Virus record (IMG/VR): IMGVR_UViG_3300028840_003168
Direction: 5' to 3' (one strand)
Length of the DNA: 64,000 nt
Origin: a virus
The translations under genes and the position numbers were made by a program. The notes below the pieces were generated by a model. It was not told the DNA's origin. It worked only from the letters and a program-made list of their open reading frames with translations, and ran no database searches. Each line of letters starts with the position of its first letter. Position 1 is the first letter of the stretch. Shown one piece after another: positions 37,597-45,793 of this stretch.

Positions 37597-37866
37597 ATGA
37601 GGAATCGCAGAAACCCACGCTGCTCAAGCCCCGGAGAGAATCGGGCCGGTTCTAAGTTTAAGGCTAAGTTTAATTACAGGAGATCCCAGGACGTGGACGG
37701 GTTCAGGTTCGGTGAAGATGGCTACATGGAAGTAATGGATGCCATCGTGGAGATGGTTGAGAACGGATACGGGGTCGTGGACATCATGCTCAACATCGGT
37801 GAGAGGTTTCCGCGGGAAATGGCAACAAAGGTGCTTGAGGAAGCACGAGCGCAGGGAATCTTATGA
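37597..37866 (+). CDS. Basic-leader acidic protein
   Basis: Basic N-terminus ending YRRSQ, then an acidic domain. Confidence 0.65.
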   Translation: MRNRRNPRCSSPGENRAGSKFKAKFNYRRSQDVDGFRFGEDGYMEVMDAIVEMVENGYGVVDIMLNIGERFPREMATKVLEEARAQGIL

Positions 37867-38141
37867 AACTCAAAGGCCTCACGGATAAGTCGGTAAAGAG
37901 GGTGGCCAAGGCTACCAAGACCCGAGAGGATATTTTGAGTATGGCTCAGTCGAATGCGGAAATGGCAATTGACCAGGCTTATGAACCAGATTTTGAGGAT
38001 CTCCAGGATGCGATAGACTCTTACTATGAGAATGCAGCAGACACGATGGCGGAATGGGGTTTTACCGTGTCAGACCGTGAATGGGATCTCATGTACGATG
38101 AATACTTTGCTACCGTAGAACGACTTCGGGGAGACCAATGA
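37863..38141 (+). CDS. Leader-class A cargo protein 1
   Basis: MKLKGLTDKSVKRVA leader plus acidic payload. Confidence 0.8.
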   Translation: MKLKGLTDKSVKRVAKATKTREDILSMAQSNAEMAIDQAYEPDFEDLQDAIDSYYENAADTMAEWGFTVSDREWDLMYDEYFATVERLRGDQ

Positions 38142-38551
38142 AACTCAAAGGCCTCACGGATAAGTCTATCAGCCGTATTGCGGACATGTTCGAGGTACCT
38201 TATTCCAAGAGCTACAAGAACAAGATGGACGAGCTGGAGGCATACCAGCCAGCTGATGAGGAGCTGGTGGACCTGGCAGAGGTACTTTACGGTTGCATCG
38301 ATGACGAGGATACCTGGGTACCTCAGGTGACGAATTCCAGGATACCGACCAGGAGTGATAACAATGTGGAGTCGGTGAGGTTCTACATGAATGTCGCCGC
38401 CGACGATATGGGCCGAGGTTTGGATTGGCTGGGTGCTTTGGCGAAACTGTGGGCAGTACATTCGGCCACCGGGTACACCCATGCCATAGATGAGCTGCAC
38501 GGAAGGTGCTGTGTTCAGGAGGAAGAGGATGAGACTCAAGGGATTATCTGA
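38138..38551 (+). CDS. Leader-class A cargo protein 2
   Basis: MKLKGLTDKSISRIA; first 29 nt identical to the previous gene. Confidence 0.8.
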   Translation: MKLKGLTDKSISRIADMFEVPYSKSYKNKMDELEAYQPADEELVDLAEVLYGCIDDEDTWVPQVTNSRIPTRSDNNVESVRFYMNVAADDMGRGLDWLGALAKLWAVHSATGYTHAIDELHGRCCVQEEEDETQGII

Positions 38552-38909
38552 TGAAGGTGTTAAGAGGGTGGCAGGTACCTTGCGAAAGACTGCGGACCTG
38601 GCTCCCAAGGACTTCATGACGGATATCGTGGTGAGTGATGACGGTTGGGGGTACTACCTGATTTACGAGAAGGCCGACGATTCCTTGTACGTTTTCAGAG
38701 ATGACAGGGACGCCGAGGAGGATAAGACTTTCAGTCTTGAGGTTGTCTGGGATGGGGTGGAACTCGAAGGTACCTTGGAGGACTGGGACGCTTTCAATGC
38801 GATTGATTGGGAAACCAAGAAAGGTCTCGCCGATGCCTTGGAGAAAGAGCTGAAGGATGTTGAGGAGGGGGAGCAGACCCGTAAGGAATATCTGAGAAGA
38901 GGTTGGTGA
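38529..38909 (+). CDS. Leader-class A cargo protein 3
   Basis: MRLKGLSDEGVKRVAGTLRKTA; SD AGGAGG. Confidence 0.8.
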   Translation: MRLKGLSDEGVKRVAGTLRKTADLAPKDFMTDIVVSDDGWGYYLIYEKADDSLYVFRDDRDAEEDKTFSLEVVWDGVELEGTLEDWDAFNAIDWETKKGLADALEKELKDVEEGEQTRKEYLRRGW

Positions 38910-39304
38910 TGAAACTTAAAGGATTATCTAACAAAGGTGTGAAGCGGGTAGCTTCTGTCATTAAAGGATATGGCCAGCGCGATCCTCAGAATGCTGTGGG
39001 CATAAGCGCATTTGAGGTCTTCGGAGACTCCGTTGATGCCTACCAAGAGTTTGCCTGGAACTATTTTGATAGAGGCCCGGAGGGCGGTATTGAGCTTCCG
39101 CAGACTTCTCTCGATAAAGAGATGATCATGTATGCCATGCAGGAGCATGTTGACGAGACCACCCAGCCGGGAGGTCCTGGGAGAGCTTTGGGGACAGGTG
39201 AGTACCTTGAGCTGGAGGACGCTGGGTACTACCTTGAAACTGTCATTGAGGAGCTTGAAATACTCCCCATGACCGACGAGGAGCTTTACGGGAGCCCGTA
39301 TTGA
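38909..39304 (+). CDS. Leader-class A cargo protein 4
   Basis: MKLKGLSNKGVKRVASVIKGYGQ. Confidence 0.8.
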   Translation: MKLKGLSNKGVKRVASVIKGYGQRDPQNAVGISAFEVFGDSVDAYQEFAWNYFDRGPEGGIELPQTSLDKEMIMYAMQEHVDETTQPGGPGRALGTGEYLELEDAGYYLETVIEELEILPMTDEELYGSPY

Positions 39305-39537
39305 TGAGCCAGAAGGATAACATCATCGCTACCACTGAAGGGATACTGGACGCCTTGAGGGCACTCACAGGGCGTCTCTATGATGCTTTGGAGAGGTACC
39401 GGGAGGATGATGATGTGGAATCTTTGGGTGAGGAGATAGAGGACCAGGTGGACTATATGATACCGGATGTGGCCACGGTCATGAAAGACCTTGCTTTGGA
39501 CATCAGTCTTGAGGCTGTTGAAACTTTGGAGGATTAG
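39304..39537 (+). CDS. Acidic small protein lacking the leader peptide
   Basis: In the array, coupled by a TGATG overlap. Confidence 0.65.
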   Translation: MSQKDNIIATTEGILDALRALTGRLYDALERYREDDDVESLGEEIEDQVDYMIPDVATVMKDLALDISLEAVETLED

Positions 39538-39541
39538 GGAA

Positions 39542-39856
39542 ATGCGTTTAAAAGGATTATCAGAAAAGGGTGTCCAGCAGGTTGCCAGGACGATTAAGGG
39601 ACAGGATACCTATGAGTGGCAGTACGGTACTGAGATAGACCCCCTGGCCACCGCAGTACACAACGATTTGAATGATGCCGAGGCTTATGCCAAGGAGCTT
39701 GTCTCGGATGTTGACGCTATTCTGTATTCAGCTACCTCACCCCATCAGGAAGTGAAGGACTGGGTACATGAAGTTCGTTGGGCCGCTGAAAAAGCACAGG
39801 CTCTCGTTAACCTTTTGGAGATGGTTGCTGATACATTAGAGGAGGGTAGTCAATGA
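39542..39856 (+). CDS. Leader-class A cargo protein 5
   Basis: MRLKGLSEKGVQQVARTIKGQ. Confidence 0.8.
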   Translation: MRLKGLSEKGVQQVARTIKGQDTYEWQYGTEIDPLATAVHNDLNDAEAYAKELVSDVDAILYSATSPHQEVKDWVHEVRWAAEKAQALVNLLEMVADTLEEGSQ

Positions 39857-40329
39857 GACTCAAAGGAATCACAGGACAGGGCATTCAACGGGTTGCCAGG
39901 ACGATTAAGGCTCAGGGTGAAGGGCTTACCATGTTTGACCTGGACACCTTCGCACAGGCCTATGTAGAAGCCATGCTGTGGTCCTCCTCCACCATGGAGG
40001 ATGATGCAGAGATGTTCGGTGAGGAGTTTGCCGAGAACCTGGATGACTTGGTAGGGTTCATTGACATGTCTCCTGAGGCGGTAGCCCAGGTGAAAGAGGA
40101 CTGTGATCAGTTCCAGGAGGAGAATGCGGAACTTCTCGATCAGGTGTCGGAGGAGTTCGGGGTTGGCGACGACCAACACGGCCATGATTTCTGGCTTACT
40201 AGAGCAGGTCATGGTGCTGGGTTCTGGGACCGCGGTTACGGTGACTTGGGGGAGAGGCTGTCGGACGCCGCCCGGAAGTTTGGGCATATCGATCCTTATA
40301 TCGGTGATGACAAGAAAGTCTATTTTTGA
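39853..40329 (+). CDS. Leader-class A cargo protein 6 (GHDFWLTR.GHG.GFWDR family payload)
   Basis: MRLKGITGQGIQRVARTIKAQ; payload motif GHDFWLTRAGHGAGFWDRG. Confidence 0.8.
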   Translation: MRLKGITGQGIQRVARTIKAQGEGLTMFDLDTFAQAYVEAMLWSSSTMEDDAEMFGEEFAENLDDLVGFIDMSPEAVAQVKEDCDQFQEENAELLDQVSEEFGVGDDQHGHDFWLTRAGHGAGFWDRGYGDLGERLSDAARKFGHIDPYIGDDKKVYF

Positions 40330-40335
40330 AAAAAG

Positions 40336-40376
40336 AACCTAAAAATATATCCAGGTTGTCAGATCTCTGGTATACC
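40336..40376 (+). promoter_or_regulatory. Promoter with AACCT-N12-AGGTT palindrome and extended -10 TGgTATACC
   Basis: Same palindrome-to--10 offset as at 50727. Confidence 0.55.
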
Positions 40377-40404
40377 TTCCGTCTGAGTAGGTAAGGAGGT
40401 CAGC

Positions 40405-40686
40405 ATGACAATTTTTCAAGAAGGCGGCATCAGGGTTTACGATGAGAACACCAAGGAAACCTGGGACGGTATCAGGGAGCCTTCAGAGGCATTCTTAGAG
40501 AGGCTCTCAGATGTGTCTGTGAACGCCGAGATGGCCTATGCCGAGGTTATCCTGGAGTTCTTCAAGACCCTGGAACCCGAGGACCGTGATGAGGCCCTGG
40601 AATGGTTTGAGAACCATTACGAGAACGATACGGCCATGCTGTCCGAGATAGTAAACTGGATTCGCCGTGGCCTGAGGGACTGGTAA
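40405..40686 (+). CDS. Acidic hypothetical protein (no leader peptide)
   Basis: SD AAGGAGG. Confidence 0.7.
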   Translation: MTIFQEGGIRVYDENTKETWDGIREPSEAFLERLSDVSVNAEMAYAEVILEFFKTLEPEDRDEALEWFENHYENDTAMLSEIVNWIRRGLRDW

Positions 40687-40697
40687 AGGAGGTTCAA

Positions 40698-40994
40698 ATG
40701 AGACACGAGGACTTCATAAAAGGTGTGAACAAGAACGCAGCTAGGGCAGTTCGTAGACGTGGTGATGCCTTGAACACTTCATACGAGGCTCAGGTGGATG
40801 TACTGAAGGGCTTTCTTGCGGAGAGGCTAGATGGTATTCAACGTGAGTTGAGTGAAGGTCCCGCAGCTGAACGTCTACCGGAAGTTTTGACAGACATGTC
40901 GGAGTTAGCAGAGTCCCTGAAGTCTCAACTGAGCGTCTTGGATATGGAATACGAAACCCATCGAGAGATGTCCGATGCCGGGTTCACAGGATAG
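40698..40994 (+). CDS. Leader-class B cargo protein 1
   Basis: MRHEDFIKGVNKNAARAVRRRG. Confidence 0.8.
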   Translation: MRHEDFIKGVNKNAARAVRRRGDALNTSYEAQVDVLKGFLAERLDGIQRELSEGPAAERLPEVLTDMSELAESLKSQLSVLDMEYETHREMSDAGFTG

Positions 40995-41003
40995 GAGTAA
41001 CCA

Positions 41004-41354
41004 ATGAGACACGAGGATTTCATAAAAGGTGTGAACAAGAACGCTGCCAAGGCCATCAGGGCTGATGTGGTTCAGCCGAAGGTTACCCAGGCCCGTATCA
41101 TCTATGACGACAATTCAGACAACCCTGGGTGGTTCGTCCGGTACACTTTGTCGGATGGTCAGATACTTGATACGTCTTACGGGATGCCTGATGATCCTGA
41201 GTACCCCGAGAACGATTTGTACGATGCCGCCGACGATGCTTTATTCTATGAGGGCTATTCCCATGATGACGTAATCTATGAGATTGTAGGCGGCAATCCT
41301 GGTGAAGGTGATCCCGACCCAGAGGGTGTGTTCCCGGACGACATCTTAGACTGA
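41004..41354 (+). CDS. Leader-class B cargo protein 2
   Basis: MRHEDFIKGVNKNAAKAIRA; very acidic payload. Confidence 0.8.
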   Translation: MRHEDFIKGVNKNAAKAIRADVVQPKVTQARIIYDDNSDNPGWFVRYTLSDGQILDTSYGMPDDPEYPENDLYDAADDALFYEGYSHDDVIYEIVGGNPGEGDPDPEGVFPDDILD

Positions 41355-41373
41355 CAGAGACAAGGAGAGACCG

Positions 41374-41649
41374 ATGAGACATGAAGACTTCATCAAAGGT
41401 GTGAAGAAGAACGCTGTGAAGGCCAAGGTTGTGGTGGCCCAGGATGCAGAGAGTGGGCCTATCTACGACCACGCTTACACGGTGGCCTTCTCTGTCAAGA
41501 CCCCACACGAAGCCCAGGACGTTACGGCTGAGGAGCTCCTGGATGGTTTGGCTGACCGGCTCAAGGATCTGGAAGCAACTGGCGAGGTTTTCGAGGCTGT
41601 CGGGATGCCCTACGACACTGCAAAAATCGAGGATGGCTTCATCGAGTGA
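41374..41649 (+). CDS. Leader-class B cargo protein 3
   Basis: MRHEDFIKGVKKNAVKAKVVVAQ. Confidence 0.8.
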   Translation: MRHEDFIKGVKKNAVKAKVVVAQDAESGPIYDHAYTVAFSVKTPHEAQDVTAEELLDGLADRLKDLEATGEVFEAVGMPYDTAKIEDGFIE

Positions 41650-41715
41650 ACCTCCTCCTTTAATCCCCCCAACACCGTACATGGTACAATACCTTCCAGG
41701 AAAAGGAGGTACTCG

Positions 41716-42414
41716 ATGTACGAGTTCTACCCATTATGGAAACACAAATTCACAGGAGCGATTCTCCTGGGGATTCTGATTATATTCGTCACCGTGATGA
41801 TGGTGACCAACGGCGCCAAAGTAAACCCGTTCACCACAACCCAGACACTCACCGCGGGAGGAGTTCTCTCAGGAACTCTACTGGTAACGACCACCATTCA
41901 AGCCATCGCAAGGTACATTCTCAGAAGAGGTATATTCCATTCCCACTTTGTCATTCTCCGGGATGGCCACACAACCAATGTTGTCTTCAGGTACGGCTCC
42001 GGGATAGCTTCCAAGTTGCTCAAGTTATGGGATGTCATACCCAAGGAAGGTGAGATCCGCCCACTGCTGAGTGAAAGTGAGAAGCTCCTGGGGAAGGCGG
42101 CTCCAAGGGTAACCTTGAACAACTTAGACCCTTACATCTTCGTGACGTTCAAAAGGCAGGGTACTTTGAAGAGTTGGGAATCCAGGGCGTCTCTCCTGCT
42201 GTGGCTGGCAGGTCTGAAGAGGTGGCAGTGGTGTGAGCTGGAATGGTTGAATGATGACCAGCACAATACCAGGACAGGGATGAGGAACCTTCTGAGACAC
42301 GAGTTGGAGCATACCATGATTGCAAGGTCATATCCCATGTGGGAGGAGAGCATGCACCACAGGGTAATGGAGTTCTCCAGGATGGAGGAGGTCTTGGAGG
42401 ATCATAATGGATGA
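41716..42414 (+). CDS. Membrane protein with C-terminal HExxH motif
   Basis: Two N-terminal hydrophobic segments; RHELEH; SD AAGGAGG. Confidence 0.65.
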   Translation: MYEFYPLWKHKFTGAILLGILIIFVTVMMVTNGAKVNPFTTTQTLTAGGVLSGTLLVTTTIQAIARYILRRGIFHSHFVILRDGHTTNVVFRYGSGIASKLLKLWDVIPKEGEIRPLLSESEKLLGKAAPRVTLNNLDPYIFVTFKRQGTLKSWESRASLLLWLAGLKRWQWCELEWLNDDQHNTRTGMRNLLRHELEHTMIARSYPMWEESMHHRVMEFSRMEEVLEDHNG

Positions 42415-42415
42415 G

Positions 42416-42688
42416 CTACTGATCGCAGTGTGAGCAGGGTTCCTTTGCAGTCGCCTCGTCCATAGGCGTTCCACACACATGGCAGGCGTACCCTCCGATG
42501 TCCAGGGCGGTGGTGAGTATCATCCTGCGGACAGGATCGTATGACCTGAGGTAGGTGACCTCCTCGTCGCTGGACAGCTCCTCGATGAGATGCTGGGCGG
42601 TGAGCTTCCTGATGGTGAGGATAGCTGGCTGGCCGTCGATGGTGGCCGTGTACGGGTCTTCAAACAATGGTGTGAAGTCCTGGGGCAT
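42416..42688 (-). CDS. Small zinc-ribbon protein; the only credible minus-strand gene
   Basis: SD AGGAGG on the minus strand; CHVC...CSHC; fills the gap between + strand genes. Confidence 0.7.
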   Translation of the reverse strand: MPQDFTPLFEDPYTATIDGQPAILTIRKLTAQHLIEELSSDEEVTYLRSYDPVRRMILTTALDIGGYACHVCGTPMDEATAKEPCSHCDQ

Positions 42689-42756
42689 GGGGTACCTCCT
42701 TCCTATGGTAGGTATGACGGGGTGCAGGTACTTTTTCTGACAAATATGTGAATGGC

Positions 42757-42777
42757 TTCAAACTTTTTTGGTATCTT
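42757..42777 (+). promoter_or_regulatory. Phage promoter motif copy 2
   Basis: TTCAAACTTTTTTGGTATCTT, then SD GAGGAGG. Confidence 0.8.
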
Positions 42778-42795
42778 CCCTATGAGGAGGTACCG

Positions 42796-43509
42796 ATGAG
42801 CGAATCAAAACCAGGCAAACTGAAACCTTACAATAAGTGTACGAAGAGTGAACTGATCGATCATCTGCGGATACGGGATTTGCAGTTGGGGGAGGAGAAG
42901 GCCAACGTCAAGTCCTACACGATAGCCTTGGACAAAGCCCAGGAGGAGCTGGAGGATGCCATAGTCGCCAGGGAGAACCTGCTGATAGAGAAGACCCAGA
43001 TGGGTGTTGACCAGGCTGCGGAACTGCACAAGGTCAGTACAGACTGTGGGGAGGCCGCGGGGTTTGTCAATAATGTGCTGGACAGGTTGATTGGTCTGGT
43101 GGCCGAGGAGAAACTGAACAGAGGGGTGTTCGAGGAAGTTTCCATGAAGCTCCACATAGCCATCTCTCTGATGCACAGGGACTCTACTTCAACGTATGTC
43201 AAACGGCTTATAGATACCATGGAGAAGGCCAAAGCCGCGGCTGAAGGTACTCCAATGAAAAAGAGCATATCTGTGGGAGAGCCCAAGCCCATCATCCTGC
43301 ACCTGGAGAAGGTGGGTAAGAAGAAGATTGATGTTATCAGGCTCATTCGGAATTACATGGGACTAGGGTTGCAGGAAGCAAAGGTTCTGGCAGAGGATTG
43401 TACCAACTTCGGGAAGTCCATTGAGGTGTACTCACACGTTGACCTTCGGGAGATAGTCAAGGTAGCCACGGAGTTTCAGGAAGTGGGAGCGAAGGTTTAC
43501 TACAAGTAG
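42796..43509 (+). CDS. Coiled-coil protein fused to a ribosomal protein bL12 C-terminal-like domain
   Basis: LEKVGKKKIDVIRLIRNYMGLGLQEAKVLAE...FQEVGAKV vs bL12 [31 protein letters not shown]...LEEAGAEV. Confidence 0.75.
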   Translation: MSESKPGKLKPYNKCTKSELIDHLRIRDLQLGEEKANVKSYTIALDKAQEELEDAIVARENLLIEKTQMGVDQAAELHKVSTDCGEAAGFVNNVLDRLIGLVAEEKLNRGVFEEVSMKLHIAISLMHRDSTSTYVKRLIDTMEKAKAAAEGTPMKKSISVGEPKPIILHLEKVGKKKIDVIRLIRNYMGLGLQEAKVLAEDCTNFGKSIEVYSHVDLREIVKVATEFQEVGAKVYYK

Positions 43510-43522
43510 GAAGGAAGTTCTA

Positions 43523-43720
43523 ATGGAGATGTCGGGAATTGAATGTCCAAGCTGCGGTGAGGAGATGGTACTTGTTGAGGATGCAACCATGGTACCGAGG
43601 AGGAAGACCCACAAGAGGGTATGTGTCGAATGTGAGTACTTCGAGGAACATGTAGTACCCGAGGTTGAGCAACCTGGGTTTGACCCGAAGGATGAGCCCT
43701 ACGTTGAGGACAGGAGGTAG
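43523..43720 (+). CDS. Small zinc-ribbon protein
   Basis: CPSC...CVEC. Confidence 0.6.
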   Translation: MEMSGIECPSCGEEMVLVEDATMVPRRKTHKRVCVECEYFEEHVVPEVEQPGFDPKDEPYVEDRR

Positions 43721-43722
43721 GT

Positions 43723-44217
43723 ATGTCTGACAGTTCATATGACGAACGCATGGGTAAGGGCACACCTGATCCTTGTATTCGATGTAAGAACCTCAGGGTG
43801 GACCACGACAGGTGGTCGGTGGATATTGATTACAAAGGTCACTGTGACTGGGATGAGGACGAAGGCCGCTTGTGGGGTCATGCTCACTGCCCAAAGTTCT
43901 GTGAGGTTCAGCCTGCTGAGGAACCCGAGACTGAAGTACCTGAGCCAGAGGAAACTGAATCTACCAAAGACGAGTCCTACAGTCTGACTAAGGATGGTGA
44001 TCTGCTGCTCTATTATGTATGGGGTATCGGGGGTTCTCTTGAGGAGATGGGCATCGATTTCTCATGTGTACCTGAGGAGAAACAGGAGTGGCTTGCAGAG
44101 GCCGTTACGGAGATGGTGCAGGCTGCCTACCAGGAAGGTCAGAAGAAGGCCAGGAAGGACATCAGGAAGGCCCGAGAGGCGTACCTGGAGAGCATGGGGG
44201 TGGAAGATGCCGACTGA
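43723..44217 (+). CDS. Hypothetical protein
   Basis: SD AGGAGG; Cys-rich N-terminus. Confidence 0.65.
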   Translation: MSDSSYDERMGKGTPDPCIRCKNLRVDHDRWSVDIDYKGHCDWDEDEGRLWGHAHCPKFCEVQPAEEPETEVPEPEETESTKDESYSLTKDGDLLLYYVWGIGGSLEEMGIDFSCVPEEKQEWLAEAVTEMVQAAYQEGQKKARKDIRKAREAYLESMGVEDAD

Positions 44218-44530
44218 TCCAAAAGACTTGAAGAAGATGACCAAGGCCGAACTCATATCGAAGATTACTCGGATGGATATCCTACTCCGCAACCTGGACG
44301 AGGTGAAACCTCCTGAGAAGGTTTTCAAGACACCAAACTTCAGAGGTATCCGAAGGTTCATGGTTACCGAGGTGGCCACCCACGAAGGATCTGGAACTGA
44401 AGATGATCCGTCCCGTCTGGTATATTGGGTATATGACGATGAGGGTGAACTCATCGCCGTGACCGATACTTCTCACGAGATACACCCAAGGTTCAGGTCG
44501 CATGCAGAGAGTCTGCAAATGGAGAAATGA
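44207..44530 (+). CDS. Hypothetical protein
   Basis: ATG 44207; GSGTEDDPSRLVYWVYDDEGELIAVTD motif. Confidence 0.6.
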   Translation: MPTDPKDLKKMTKAELISKITRMDILLRNLDEVKPPEKVFKTPNFRGIRRFMVTEVATHEGSGTEDDPSRLVYWVYDDEGELIAVTDTSHEIHPRFRSHAESLQMEK

Positions 44531-44952
44531 TGACTGACTACAAACAAGTGTACGTTGAGCCCGAACCTTTTGGAGAGGTTCCAGAGCAAATCATAAGGCA
44601 CATCTATTCGGTGGCCAGTATGGGTTTGAGTACTATGGAGATGCTTCCACATTGGATTGGTGAGATGCCGCCCTATGAGGAACAGGAGATACCTTGGGTC
44701 CAGGTAACCTGTGAAGCTCGGGACGGGAAAATCATCCTTTTTACCGAGTTCCAGTTGGGTCCGTTGGCTGAGTACCTGCGGGACAAGTTCAGGTTGCCTA
44801 AGGGTTTGTCGAAGGAACCCATGTTTCTGACACCTCCTGCGAGGGTGTACTTTCAAGAGTTGGTTGCCCATGAGCTGAGGGAGCTGCTCGGGGCTGGCAA
44901 GTTAGTCAAAGGAAGCGACCGCTGGGTGTTTAATGGAGGAGAAACCAAATGA
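44527..44952 (+). CDS. Hypothetical protein
   Basis: ATGA-coupled ORF. Confidence 0.6.
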   Translation: MMTDYKQVYVEPEPFGEVPEQIIRHIYSVASMGLSTMEMLPHWIGEMPPYEEQEIPWVQVTCEARDGKIILFTEFQLGPLAEYLRDKFRLPKGLSKEPMFLTPPARVYFQELVAHELRELLGAGKLVKGSDRWVFNGGETK

Positions 44953-45602
44953 AAGTAATTGAACCATACATTGAATACATCCTGTTCCACAGACCTGAAG
45001 GTTTGTCCATGGAGGAGTGCCTGGAGAGGGCTGGAAGGACCTGCTACAAGTCCGAGGACAAGATAACCGATGAGAGCGCACCCAAGTTTGTGAGGATGCT
45101 CAGGAAGCGCGGACACCATGCCATGCTGGAACATGCCATCGCCACGGTCAAGTTCGTGGCTGACCGCGGTCTGACCCATGAGCTGGTCAGACATCGGCTG
45201 GCTTCCTTCGGCCAGGAGAGTACGAGGTACTGCAATTATTCCAAGGGCAAATTCAATAGTGAGATAACTGTGGTGCAGCAACCAGGGTTGGAGGAGCATA
45301 AGTTTCCACGTAGAAGGGCTTTATGGGTTAAAGCCATGGAAGATGCAGAACGTCATTATTTTGAGTTAATTGAAGCAAAAGTTCCACCAGAGATAGCCCG
45401 TTCGGTACTCCCCATCGGGCTCAAGGCCGAGATAGTGATGACCGCCAACCTCAGGGAGTGGCGCCATGTGTTCAAGATGCGCTGTGACAAGTATGCCCAT
45501 CCGATTATCCGAGGTCTGATGTTGCAGGTACTGGCAAGGTTCAATGAGGAGATTCCATCGGTGTACGAGGATCAGGCTGAGGAATTCCTGAAGGAGGGCT
45601 AG
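44949..45602 (+). CDS. thyX: Flavin-dependent thymidylate synthase
   Basis: ERAGRTCYKS, GHHAMLEH, HELVRHRLASFGQESTRYCNY, ARSVLP, NLREWRH. Confidence 0.95.
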   Translation: MKVIEPYIEYILFHRPEGLSMEECLERAGRTCYKSEDKITDESAPKFVRMLRKRGHHAMLEHAIATVKFVADRGLTHELVRHRLASFGQESTRYCNYSKGKFNSEITVVQQPGLEEHKFPRRRALWVKAMEDAERHYFELIEAKVPPEIARSVLPIGLKAEIVMTANLREWRHVFKMRCDKYAHPIIRGLMLQVLARFNEEIPSVYEDQAEEFLKEG

Positions 45603-45793
45603 TGTCACTTTTTATCGAAGAGGAAGTTTGCAGTAGGTGTACACATGCGGTGTTCCATCAATGTTGTGAAAAGTTTTGTTACTGCCTTTTGGGGGAGGAA
45701 CCCGATTTGGTGAAAGGTAAGTGCGAGTACTACGCCCCGCTATATGACATCAAGGCTGAGAAGTCTTTAAAGGAAGGTACCAATGAAGATTAG
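45602..45793 (+). CDS. Small Cys-rich protein
   Basis: SD AAGGAGG, GTG start. Confidence 0.5.
   Translation: MSLFIEEEVCSRCTHAVFHQCCEKFCYCLLGEEPDLVKGKCEYYAPLYDIKAEKSLKEGTNED

Noticed and set aside
37863-41649. CRISPR array or integron cassette array for the regularly repeated DNA
   Set aside because: Repeats are degenerate, coding, 280-480 bp apart and at gene starts; no cas genes, attC palindromes or integrase seen
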